From: Comamonadaceae bacterium | GTDB taxonomy: Bacteria; Pseudomonadota; Gammaproteobacteria; Burkholderiales; Burkholderiaceae_C | NCBI GenBank assembly: GCA_947372745.1 | Contig: CANBUY010000003.1 | Span: forward strand, 1-24,000 | Direction: 5' to 3' | DNA: 24,000 bases | Shown: in pieces, positions 7,864 to 15,790 of the stretch | Numbering within the stretch: the first letter of the stretch is position 1 | Layout: each line of letters starts with the position of its first letter | The notes under the pieces: generated by a model | Seen by the model: only the letters and a program-made list of their open reading frames with translations | What the model was told of the DNA's origin: nothing | Databases searched by the model: none | Position numbers and translations under genes: made by a program

Positions 7864-9447
7864 ATGACTACTGAAGCTCTGACAAGCTTGCAAGATTCGG
7901 CGCTTGACGCTGATACCACTGCGCGTGAGGCGGTGTCCGACATTCGCCAGTTTGTGACGTTTATCGTGGGCACTGAAGTGTTCGCGGTCGACATGGCCCC
8001 GGTGCAAGAGATCATCCGGGTCCCAGACGTCGTGAGGGTGCCCCTGGCCCCGCGTACGCTGGACGGACTGGCCAATCTGCGCGGCAAGGTGCTACCCATC
8101 GTCAGCTTGCGCCGCATATTCGGGTTTGATGAACGCGCTTATGACGATGCCACCCGCGCCGTTGTCATCGACCAAGGGCAGCCCCTGGGCTTCGTGGTGG
8201 ACCGAGTGGTGAGTGTGGTCAGCGTTGACCCGAAGCAAATCGAAGGTGCTGGCGCCATCAGCGCCACGGTCAATACGGATCTGGTCTCCGGCCTGCTCAA
8301 GGATGTAGGTGGCTACCCCATGATCATGGTGCTCGACTTCGGCAAACTTATCGCTGCCGAATTTGCGGGTGCACTGGCTTCAGCAGTTCAACACCATGCG
8401 GGATCCACATCAGATGCTGATCATTTGAAGCAAACTGAGGAACTCAAAGCCAGCGATGAATTGCACCTAGTGAGCTTTGAGGTGGCGCATCAGGAGTACG
8501 CCATCGTGATCGACGATGTGCAGGAAATTGTGCAGGTCCCTGAGTTGATCGTGCAAGTGCCGCACTCTGAGTCACATGTGCTGGGGGTCATGACCTTGCG
8601 CAACCGCTTGCTGCCACTGGTTTCTTTGCGTCGCATGTTTGGCCTGTCCAACCGTGCGGCCGATGAGAACAGCCGCATCGTGGTGGTGTCTCTGGGCGGC
8701 GCATCGGTAGGCGTGGTGATGGACAGCGTCAACGAGGTGTTGCGTGTAGCGCGCACTGATGTGGACGCCATGCCCGTGCTGCTGGCCAAAGAAGGGGACT
8801 TGTCTGAAATTTCGCAAATTTGTCGTCTCGACGGTGGAAAGCGATTGGTTTCAATTTTGTCGGTGGGCAATATGTTTCGCCACGCAGCCATCAAGGCTGC
8901 TTTAACTAGCGTGGACACCATGAACGATAAGCAAACCCAAAACACCTCAAGCGCCCAGGATGACGACAGGAGCGATGACGAGGAGCAAGTCGTTGTTTTC
9001 TTGTTGGGCAAAGAAGAGTTTGGCGTACCCATTGACAGCGTTCAAGAGATTGTGCGCGTCGCGGAGCAGCTGACTCATGTGCCCAAGGCACCGCCCGCCG
9101 TAGAAGGCGTGATTAATCTGCGGGGTGCGGTGTTGCCAGTGATGGACTTGCGTCGTCGCTTGGGTCTGACCCAGGTAGAACGAAGTGACCAGCAACGCAT
9201 CATGGTGTTTTTGGTGGATGGGGTGCGCACCGGCTTTATTGTGGACTCGGTGGTTGAAGTGCTGAAAATTCACAAGTCAACCATTGAGCCAGCGCCACGC
9301 TTGTCGGGTGAGCAAAACAAGTTACTGGCACGCATGGCGAACATTGAGAAGCAAAAACGCATGGTGCAACTGATTGAGCCGCGTCACCTGATCGAGCAGC
9401 AAGAGCGCGAAGACCTGGCCCAACTCGCGCAACACGCCAACGCTTAA
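7864..9447 (+). CDS. Chemotaxis adaptor with three fused CheW domains
   Basis: Three CheW-like units: 'FVTFIVGTEVFAVDMAPVQEIIRVPDVVRVPLAPRTLDGLANLRGKVLPIVSLRRIFG', 'LHLVSFEVAHQEYAIVIDDVQEIVQVPELIVQVPHSESHVLGVMTLRNRLLPLVSLRRMFG', 'VVVFLLGKEEFGVPIDSVQEIVRVAEQLTHVPKAPPAVEGVINLRGAVLPVMDLRRRLG'. AGGAG ribosome-binding site upstream. Confidence 0.93.
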   Translation: MTTEALTSLQDSALDADTTAREAVSDIRQFVTFIVGTEVFAVDMAPVQEIIRVPDVVRVPLAPRTLDGLANLRGKVLPIVSLRRIFGFDERAYDDATRAVVIDQGQPLGFVVDRVVSVVSVDPKQIEGAGAISATVNTDLVSGLLKDVGGYPMIMVLDFGKLIAAEFAGALASAVQHHAGSTSDADHLKQTEELKASDELHLVSFEVAHQEYAIVIDDVQEIVQVPELIVQVPHSESHVLGVMTLRNRLLPLVSLRRMFGLSNRAADENSRIVVVSLGGASVGVVMDSVNEVLRVARTDVDAMPVLLAKEGDLSEISQICRLDGGKRLVSILSVGNMFRHAAIKAALTSVDTMNDKQTQNTSSAQDDDRSDDEEQVVVFLLGKEEFGVPIDSVQEIVRVAEQLTHVPKAPPAVEGVINLRGAVLPVMDLRRRLGLTQVERSDQQRIMVFLVDGVRTGFIVDSVVEVLKIHKSTIEPAPRLSGEQNKLLARMANIEKQKRMVQLIEPRHLIEQQEREDLAQLAQHANA

Positions 9448-9464
9448 AGACAAGACTGCGGACG

Positions 9465-10550
9465 ATGATCAAGCTGCTAATCGTTGATGACTCTGCGTTG
9501 ATGCGCCGACAGCTGTCGGCCATGTTCGACGCAGAGCCTGATTTTGAGATTCGTCTGGCGCGCAACGGGCGGGAGGCCGTGGAGGAAAACCGCACATTCA
9601 TGCCCGATGTTGTCACCCTGGACATCAATATGCCAGAGATGGACGGCCTGACCGCGCTGTCCCTCATCATGGGAGACCGACCAGTGCCGGTGGTGATGAT
9701 CTCATCGCTGACGGAGAAAGGGGCTTTGGCCACCTTTGAGGCCTTGAATCTGGGTGCCGTTGATTACGTGGTCAAACCAGGGGGCACCATCTCACTGGCC
9801 ATCGACACCATTCGGGCCACCGTGGTCAGCAAAGTGCGCACGGCGGCCAAAGCGCGGCTGAAAGCTTTTCGCCCAGCGGCGGTATCAAGCCCTGTGCCAC
9901 CGGTCGTCCGGCAGGTGGCGTCACCCACTACTGTGGCTGACACGAGTAGTGCGATGTCCAGTAAAGGCACGGGGCGCGAAGGTATCGTTTTGATCGGCGT
10001 CTCCACAGGCGGTCCCCGCACGCTGGAGTTGATATTGCCCAACCTACCGGCTCGATTTCCTTGGCCCATACTGGTCGCCCAACACATGCCGGCGAGCTTT
10101 ACACAGTCATTTGCACAGCGTATGAATGGCATGTGCGCTATGGAAGTGGTCGAGGCCAACCGTCCCATGACGCTTGAGGCCGGCACCATCTACATTGCCA
10201 AAGGCGGTGCCGATATGCAGGTGGTGCGGCGCGCAGGCAAGCTTAATGTGATCGCCAAGCCAGAAAGTGCAGACTTTTTGTGGCATCCGTCCGTTGAGCT
10301 ATTGGGGCAGTCGGTGCTTGAACATGTGCCCTGTTCCAACGTACTGGGCATCATGCTCACGGGCATGGGCAACGATGGGGCCGATGCCTTCACCGCCATC
10401 AAAAAAAGAGGCGGCCGCACCATAGCCGAATCTGAAGAGTCTTGTGTTGTGTTTGGCATGCCCTCCGAGCTGATCAGCCGGGGCGGCGCCACAGTGACCT
10501 TGCACGCAGAAAAAATTGCAGCCCAAGTCAAAACCTGGCTTGACTGCTGA
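9465..10550 (+). CDS. cheB: Protein-glutamate methylesterase/response regulator CheB
   Basis: N-terminal receiver 'LLIVDDSALMRRQL...VVTLDINMPEMDGLTAL'. C-terminal methylesterase with 'IGVSTGGPRTLE', 'LVAQHMPASFTQSFAQRM' and 'MLTGMGNDGADA' containing the Ser/His/Asp catalytic residues. Confidence 0.96.
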   Translation: MIKLLIVDDSALMRRQLSAMFDAEPDFEIRLARNGREAVEENRTFMPDVVTLDINMPEMDGLTALSLIMGDRPVPVVMISSLTEKGALATFEALNLGAVDYVVKPGGTISLAIDTIRATVVSKVRTAAKARLKAFRPAAVSSPVPPVVRQVASPTTVADTSSAMSSKGTGREGIVLIGVSTGGPRTLELILPNLPARFPWPILVAQHMPASFTQSFAQRMNGMCAMEVVEANRPMTLEAGTIYIAKGGADMQVVRRAGKLNVIAKPESADFLWHPSVELLGQSVLEHVPCSNVLGIMLTGMGNDGADAFTAIKKRGGRTIAESEESCVVFGMPSELISRGGATVTLHAEKIAAQVKTWLDC

Positions 10551-10562
10551 AAAAGGAAAAAT

Positions 10563-11186
10563 ATGGCCTTCATTAAAAAAAATACCTCACCCTCTCGCGA
10601 CGTTGAAGAGCGCGTGCTTGTGCGCGACTGCGCGGGTTTGATTGAACAGTTGACCGACGCTGACCCGGCCATTCGGCGCTGGGCTGCACGCGATTTATTG
10701 AGCTATCCAGAAGCAACTGCCGCATTGGTCGCACGCATTCAAGCCGAAGGAGAACTCTCGGTGCGAGAGGTGATACTGACCACCCTGACCCGTCTCGGCG
10801 GCCCGATTGCAGTGGCCGGCTTGGTGGAGTGCTTGCGCAGCGAAGACGCCCAAGTGCGCAACGAAGCCATCATGGCCATGAAGGCGCTGCCCGACGAGGT
10901 AGCGCCCATCATGGGCGGCTTACTCCTGGATACCGATCCGGACGTGCGCATCATGGCGGTGAATATTCTTGAATCCTTGCGGCATCCCAAAGTAGAAGAA
11001 TGGCTGATAGCCGTCATTGACCGAGACCAGGTGGTCAACGTCTGCGGCACAGCCGTTGATTTGCTGGGGGAATTGGGCTCACCCGATTCGCATGAAGCCC
11101 TCGAACGCCTGAAGCTTCGGTATGCCGACGAGCCCTACATTCAGTTTGCCGCTGAACTGGCGTTGAAACGCACGGCAAAGGCATAA
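10563..11186 (+). CDS. HEAT-repeat protein
   Basis: Helical repeats 'LTDADPAIRRWAARDLLSYPEATAALVARIQAEGELSVREVILTTLTRLGGPIAVAGLVECLRSEDAQVRNEAIMAMKALPDEVAPIMGGLLLDTDPDVRIMAVNILESL'. GGA-containing ribosome-binding site. Embedded in the che operon. Confidence 0.85.
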   Translation: MAFIKKNTSPSRDVEERVLVRDCAGLIEQLTDADPAIRRWAARDLLSYPEATAALVARIQAEGELSVREVILTTLTRLGGPIAVAGLVECLRSEDAQVRNEAIMAMKALPDEVAPIMGGLLLDTDPDVRIMAVNILESLRHPKVEEWLIAVIDRDQVVNVCGTAVDLLGELGSPDSHEALERLKLRYADEPYIQFAAELALKRTAKA

Positions 11187-11193
11187 AATTATT

Positions 11194-12036
11194 ATGGCAA
11201 AAATCATCATTAGCGAAGATGACTTCCTGAAGTTTCAGGAGTACTTTTACCGCAAGACGGGCATTCAGTTTGAGCACTCCAAACGCTACTTTGTTGACAA
11301 GCGCTTGGTAGAGCGTATTGAGGCCACCGGCAACGACAGCTTTCGGAGCTACTTTGCAATGCTCAGATTCCAGGCGTCAGGCACCGAGTTGCAGGCCTTG
11401 GTCAATTCGATGACCATCAATGAGACCTACTTTTTTCGGGAAGAGTACCAGTTTCATTGCTTGGTCAATTCCATCCTGCCAGAGATTGTGGCCAACAAGA
11501 AAAACGGCGATCCGATTCGCATCTGGGTCATCCCCTCTTCGTCGGGCGAAGAGCCTTACTCTATTGCCATGTGCTTGCTTGAGCGCTGGCCCGGCATCCA
11601 CAAGTGGGATGTAGAGATTATTTCCTCGGACATTGACACCAAAATTCTGGCACAAGCCCGCGCGGGTTTGTACTCAGAGCGTTCGGTCAAGCATGTTCCT
11701 CGGGCCTACATGTTGAAATACTTTCAACAAACGCCGCAGGGCTACCAACTCAACGAAGATTTGCGCAGTGCCGTTGAATTTACACACATCAACCTGATGG
11801 AGGCCTCCGAAGTGCGGCCCTACCGGAACTTTGATGTTATTTTTTGTCGCAACTTGCTCATCTACTTTGATGATGTTTCCCGCAAGCAGGCGGCCGAAAC
11901 TTTTTATGACGCCTTGCGTCCCGGTGGCTTCATTTGCCTTGGGCACTCAGAGTCCATGAGCCGTATTTCTGCACTCTACAAGATTCGAAAGTTTCCAGAG
12001 GCGATCGTTTATCAAAAACCTGGGGATGCCAAATGA
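11194..12036 (+). CDS. cheR: Chemotaxis protein methyltransferase CheR
   Basis: 'MTINETYFFREEYQFHCLVNSILPEI', 'IRIWVIPSSSGEEPYSIAMCL', 'VIFCRNLLIYFDDVSRKQAAETFYDALRPGGFICLGHSES' match the CheR SAM-dependent methyltransferase family. Confidence 0.95.
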   Translation: MAKIIISEDDFLKFQEYFYRKTGIQFEHSKRYFVDKRLVERIEATGNDSFRSYFAMLRFQASGTELQALVNSMTINETYFFREEYQFHCLVNSILPEIVANKKNGDPIRIWVIPSSSGEEPYSIAMCLLERWPGIHKWDVEIISSDIDTKILAQARAGLYSERSVKHVPRAYMLKYFQQTPQGYQLNEDLRSAVEFTHINLMEASEVRPYRNFDVIFCRNLLIYFDDVSRKQAAETFYDALRPGGFICLGHSESMSRISALYKIRKFPEAIVYQKPGDAK

Positions 12037-12407
12037 AACATATTTTGATTGTGGACGATGCTGCCACCGTGCGCATGTACCACCGCACCATTCTTGAAGC
12101 TGCAGGCTATACAGTCGACGAAGCCATTAACGGCATTGAGGCGCTTGAAAAAGCCCTCAATAAGCACTACGACTTGTACTTGGTGGATGTGAACATGCCT
12201 TTGCTGGATGGTTACTCGTTTGTGCGCGAGTTGCGCGGCCATGCCGACATACCTCAGGCACCCGCCGTGATGATCTCCACGGAGGCCAAGGCCAGCGATC
12301 AAACCAAGGCCTACCAAGCGGGCGCCAATCTCTACATCATCAAGCCTACCCGACCTGATGTCCTACTTAATAATGTTCGACTCCTGCTCGGGGAGAGCGG
12401 CATATGA
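12033..12407 (+). CDS. Single-domain response regulator (CheY-like)
   Basis: ATGA overlap with cheR. 'MKHILIVDDAATVRMYHRTILEAAGYTVDEAINGIEALEKA...YLVDVNMPLLDGYSFV...VMISTEA...LYIIKPTRPDVL' has the conserved DD, D, T and K. Confidence 0.93.
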   Translation: MKHILIVDDAATVRMYHRTILEAAGYTVDEAINGIEALEKALNKHYDLYLVDVNMPLLDGYSFVRELRGHADIPQAPAVMISTEAKASDQTKAYQAGANLYIIKPTRPDVLLNNVRLLLGESGI

Positions 12408-15166
12408 CAGCCTTACTCCAGCAGTTCATTTCTGAAGCAAAGGATTTTTTGGAAGGTATCAGTGAAAAGCTGATGCAACTTGAAAACACGCCCAGCGATG
12501 TGGACATGATGGGAGAACTGTTCCGACTAGTTCATACCCTCAAGGGAAATTGCGGATTGTTTGATTTCCCCGAAATGTCTCGGGTACTCCATGCCGCCGA
12601 AGACCTGATGGTCGTAGTGCGCGACGGGGATATCGCTTACACCCAAGCGTTGGCAGATCGTTTGCTGGACGCCATGGATTTTGTGAGCATGTTGCTCGAT
12701 GAAATTGAAGGCAGCGGAGCCAATAACGCGAGCCATGCGGGGGCTGCTGCAAAATTGGCGCAATCACTGCGCGAATTGATTGTGACCTCCAGCAACGGGG
12801 CCACACCTGACTCTGAGGATTTACCCCAGGCACCGACGAATACCGGCTTCATTCTCAGCCAACTTCCATTGAGCGATGTACCAGAGGCTTTGCGCATGGC
12901 CTGGTACCGCGAGGCCAGTACACAAACGCCTCTGCTGTGGATTACCTACACCCCGGAAGCCGAGTGTTTTTTCAAGGGTGAAGACCCTTTCCACCAAGCG
13001 CGCCAGACGCCAAACCTGGTTTGGCAAAAAGTGTCGGCGACAGAGCCCTGGCCACTCCTTGATCAGCTTGATGCCTACCGGAGCACCTTGTGCTTTCAAA
13101 TGGTGAGCACGGCAACACAGGCCGAACTTGAGGAACATTTTCGCTACGTCCCCGACCAAATCAGCCTGACCGTCATACCGCCCATCATGTGGGCTTTGCC
13201 GGTGGGTGATCAAAATGGGGGCCCGGTTTATGAGGATTTTGTCACTGATGCGCTCGGGCATTTGGTGCGGGGCGACCTGGCGAGCCTGAGCAGGGCCGCA
13301 CGCTCCATGCTGGAGCTTTCAGCCTCAGGGCTGTGGCTGGCCTCGGCTTTGCGCTGGTTGATCCTGATTATCGAGCAGGAACCCAACAACCACGCCTCAT
13401 TGCGCGCAGTGATTGAGTCCTTGCGAAGCTTTACAGCCCCCGTCCTCAATAGCCTGCACGAACTTACAGCAACTGCTGACGCTGACGTTGACGTTGACGA
13501 CCTTGTTGCCCCGGCCAGTACCAGCGCACAGACGGCCCCCATCATCACATCCGCGCCCATCGCCCCGGCCGCCAACCCGGTGGCTGATGCAGTGATCAAC
13601 GCACAGATGGCGGTGCTCAGTTTGTCGGATCAGGCGCATTGGTTGCCTGGGCGACTCAAGTCGGTGGCCAGCACCTTGTCAGCGTGCTACCGCAGTCTTG
13701 GGCGGGACGACCTGATGCCCTCTTTGGAAGCAGCCCTGGCCTTGGCCCTCGAATCTACCAACTCCGCGCCTTTGTTGGCTTGGCTAACGCGGCAAATAGC
13801 GTCAAGCCATGACGTGGATGTCGCTGAATTACCGCAAGCCCTGAGTCCACCACAGACGGCCGCTGTTGATCTGAGCGTCGCAGTGGACACACCGACCCTT
13901 GAGGTCATGCACGAAGAGGCGGTCACTGATCTGACCCCGGTTGTTGACAGTGATATTCGCTTTGGCCGGCGAGCTGAGGATGCGCCCGTCAGCACCAAAA
14001 CACTGAAGGTCGACCAAGAGAAAATTGACCGCCTGATGAACTTGATCGGCGAAATGGTCGTGGCTAAAAACGGCTTGCCTTACCTGGCCAGCCGTGCAGA
14101 GTCTGTGTTTGGGGTGCGTGAATTGTCGCGGGAAATCAAAACCCAATATTCCGTCATCAACCGCATTGCCGAAGAAATGCAAGACGCCATCATGCAGGTT
14201 CGCATGTTGCCGGTGTCATTTGTATTTCAGCGTTTTCCAAGATTGGTCCGCGACATTTCCCGAAAACTTGGCAAAGAGGTGAGCCTAGTGTTGGAGGGCG
14301 AAGACACCGAGGCCGATAAAAATATCATCGAGGCCTTGGCTGACCCCTTAATTCACATTGTTCGCAACAGCCTGGATCATGGCATTGAACAACCGGATGT
14401 TCGCCGTGCGGCGGGCAAGCCTGCTGAGGGAAAATTAATGATTCGCGCCTCTCAAGAGGCCGGCCGGGTCATCATCGACATCAGCGACGACGGCAAGGGA
14501 ATTGACCCCGCCGTGATCAAGCGAAAAGCTTACGACAAAGGCATTATTGACGAAGAGGCACTGGAACGCCTCACCGACCAAGAGGCGGTCAATCTGGTGT
14601 TTGCTGCAGGCTTCTCGACGGTCGATGTGGTGTCAGACCTGTCTGGTCGTGGTGTGGGTATGGATGTGGTTCGCTCGGCCGTAGAGCGGGTCAATGGCAC
14701 CGTCACCTTGCAAAGTACAGCGGGTCAGGGTACGCGTTTGCGACTCTCCTTGCCACTTTCCATGGCGGTCACCAATGTGATGATCATTGAGTCGGATGGG
14801 CAGATTTTTGGCGTGCCGATGGACATGGTCGTGGAGACCGTCAGGATTCCACGCTCGACCATTCACGCCATTAAAAATCACCAAACCGCTGTATTGCGCG
14901 GTCGAATCGTCCCCCTGCGTTCGCTCAATGAACTGCTCGCAACTGACAAGGCACAAGTCTCCAACGAGGAGGATGAGCTCGCCACACTGGTGATACGGAT
15001 GCAGGGCGAGCATGTGGGCATCGTGGTGGATGACTTCCGCGAAGTCGTAGACATCATTCTCAAACCCATGTCGGGAATTTTGGGGGGCTTGCCAGGCTAC
15101 ACCGGCTCGGCCCTTTTGGGCGATGGTTCGGTGCTGATGGTTCTGAATTTGAAGGAGTTGGTGTGA
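12404..15166 (+). CDS. cheA: Chemotaxis histidine kinase CheA (Hpt + long central region + dimerization + HATPase + CheW-like P5)
   Basis: Hpt 'ELFRLVHTLKGNCGLFDFPEMSRVLHAAEDLM'. 'IDRLMNLIGEMVVAKN'. 'DPLIHIVRNSLDHGIEQP', 'VIIDISDDGKGIDP', 'LSGRGVGMDVVRSAVERVNGTVTLQSTAGQGTRLRLSLPLSMAV', and a C-terminal CheW-like domain. Confidence 0.95.
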   Translation: MTALLQQFISEAKDFLEGISEKLMQLENTPSDVDMMGELFRLVHTLKGNCGLFDFPEMSRVLHAAEDLMVVVRDGDIAYTQALADRLLDAMDFVSMLLDEIEGSGANNASHAGAAAKLAQSLRELIVTSSNGATPDSEDLPQAPTNTGFILSQLPLSDVPEALRMAWYREASTQTPLLWITYTPEAECFFKGEDPFHQARQTPNLVWQKVSATEPWPLLDQLDAYRSTLCFQMVSTATQAELEEHFRYVPDQISLTVIPPIMWALPVGDQNGGPVYEDFVTDALGHLVRGDLASLSRAARSMLELSASGLWLASALRWLILIIEQEPNNHASLRAVIESLRSFTAPVLNSLHELTATADADVDVDDLVAPASTSAQTAPIITSAPIAPAANPVADAVINAQMAVLSLSDQAHWLPGRLKSVASTLSACYRSLGRDDLMPSLEAALALALESTNSAPLLAWLTRQIASSHDVDVAELPQALSPPQTAAVDLSVAVDTPTLEVMHEEAVTDLTPVVDSDIRFGRRAEDAPVSTKTLKVDQEKIDRLMNLIGEMVVAKNGLPYLASRAESVFGVRELSREIKTQYSVINRIAEEMQDAIMQVRMLPVSFVFQRFPRLVRDISRKLGKEVSLVLEGEDTEADKNIIEALADPLIHIVRNSLDHGIEQPDVRRAAGKPAEGKLMIRASQEAGRVIIDISDDGKGIDPAVIKRKAYDKGIIDEEALERLTDQEAVNLVFAAGFSTVDVVSDLSGRGVGMDVVRSAVERVNGTVTLQSTAGQGTRLRLSLPLSMAVTNVMIIESDGQIFGVPMDMVVETVRIPRSTIHAIKNHQTAVLRGRIVPLRSLNELLATDKAQVSNEEDELATLVIRMQGEHVGIVVDDFREVVDIILKPMSGILGGLPGYTGSALLGDGSVLMVLNLKELV

Positions 15167-15402
15167 TGGCAATCACGTACAAAAAAAATATGGCCGTGCT
15201 TGAAGGAGCCGTCAGTGTTGAAGACGCTGAAGACTTGCTGGCGTGGCTTCAAAAAACACCGAAAGCTCGGCTTGATTTTTCAGCCTGCACCCATCTTCAC
15301 GCTGCCAATCTACAGGTGCTGATGGCCGCCAGACTCCCTGTGGCTTCTTGGCCACATGACAATGATTTAAAAGCATGGCTGCATTCAGCCTTGCGTAATT
15401 GA
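15166..15402 (+). CDS. Small STAS-like protein
   Basis: GAAGGAG upstream. Compact 78-aa product 'VSVEDAEDLLAWLQKTPKARLDFSACTHLHAANLQVLMAA...WPHDNDLKAWL' resembles the STAS core (LDxSxxTxxxxxxLxxLL). Start overlaps the cheA stop. Confidence 0.6.
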   Translation: MAITYKKNMAVLEGAVSVEDAEDLLAWLQKTPKARLDFSACTHLHAANLQVLMAARLPVASWPHDNDLKAWLHSALRN

Positions 15403-15415
15403 ATAAGGAATAAGC

Positions 15416-15790
15416 ATGGCTAAAACAATTATGGTCGTTGACGATTCAACCACCATGCTGATGAGTTTGAAGAACAGCCTGGAGATCGCAGGCTTCTGCG
15501 TCATAACAGCCAGTGATGGCGCTCTTGCCCTGGAGAAATTGAAAACTGGCCCCAGGCCGGATTTGATCATCACCGACATCAACATGCCCAATATGGGTGG
15601 CATTGAATTCATTGGTAAGGCACGCGCGCTTCCCGGCTTTCGGTTCATCCCGATTTTGGTCCTCACCACCGAGAGTATGCAAGCCAAACGTGATGAGGCT
15701 AAAAAACTGGGGGCTACCGGTTGGTTAGTCAAACCTGTCAGCGGCGCAGATTTAACCAAAATTATTAAACAGGTATTGCCCGGTGCATGA
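15416..15790 (+). CDS. Second single-domain response regulator (CheY-like)
   Basis: AAGGAA upstream. 'MAKTIMVVDDSTTMLMSLKNSLEIAGFCVITASDGALALEKL...LIITDINMPNMGGIEFI...ILVLTTES...GWLVKPVS' has a complete CheY signature. Confidence 0.95.
   Translation: MAKTIMVVDDSTTMLMSLKNSLEIAGFCVITASDGALALEKLKTGPRPDLIITDINMPNMGGIEFIGKARALPGFRFIPILVLTTESMQAKRDEAKKLGATGWLVKPVSGADLTKIIKQVLPGA

Noticed and set aside
8490-9032. 180-aa minus-strand ORF inside the triple-CheW gene
   Set aside because: Entirely antisense to conserved CheW domains and low complexity (Ser/Thr-rich).
11934-12032. N-terminal extension of the first CheY ORF
   Set aside because: It overlaps cheR coding sequence. ATG 12033 starts exactly at the canonical CheY N-terminus with an ATGA overlap.
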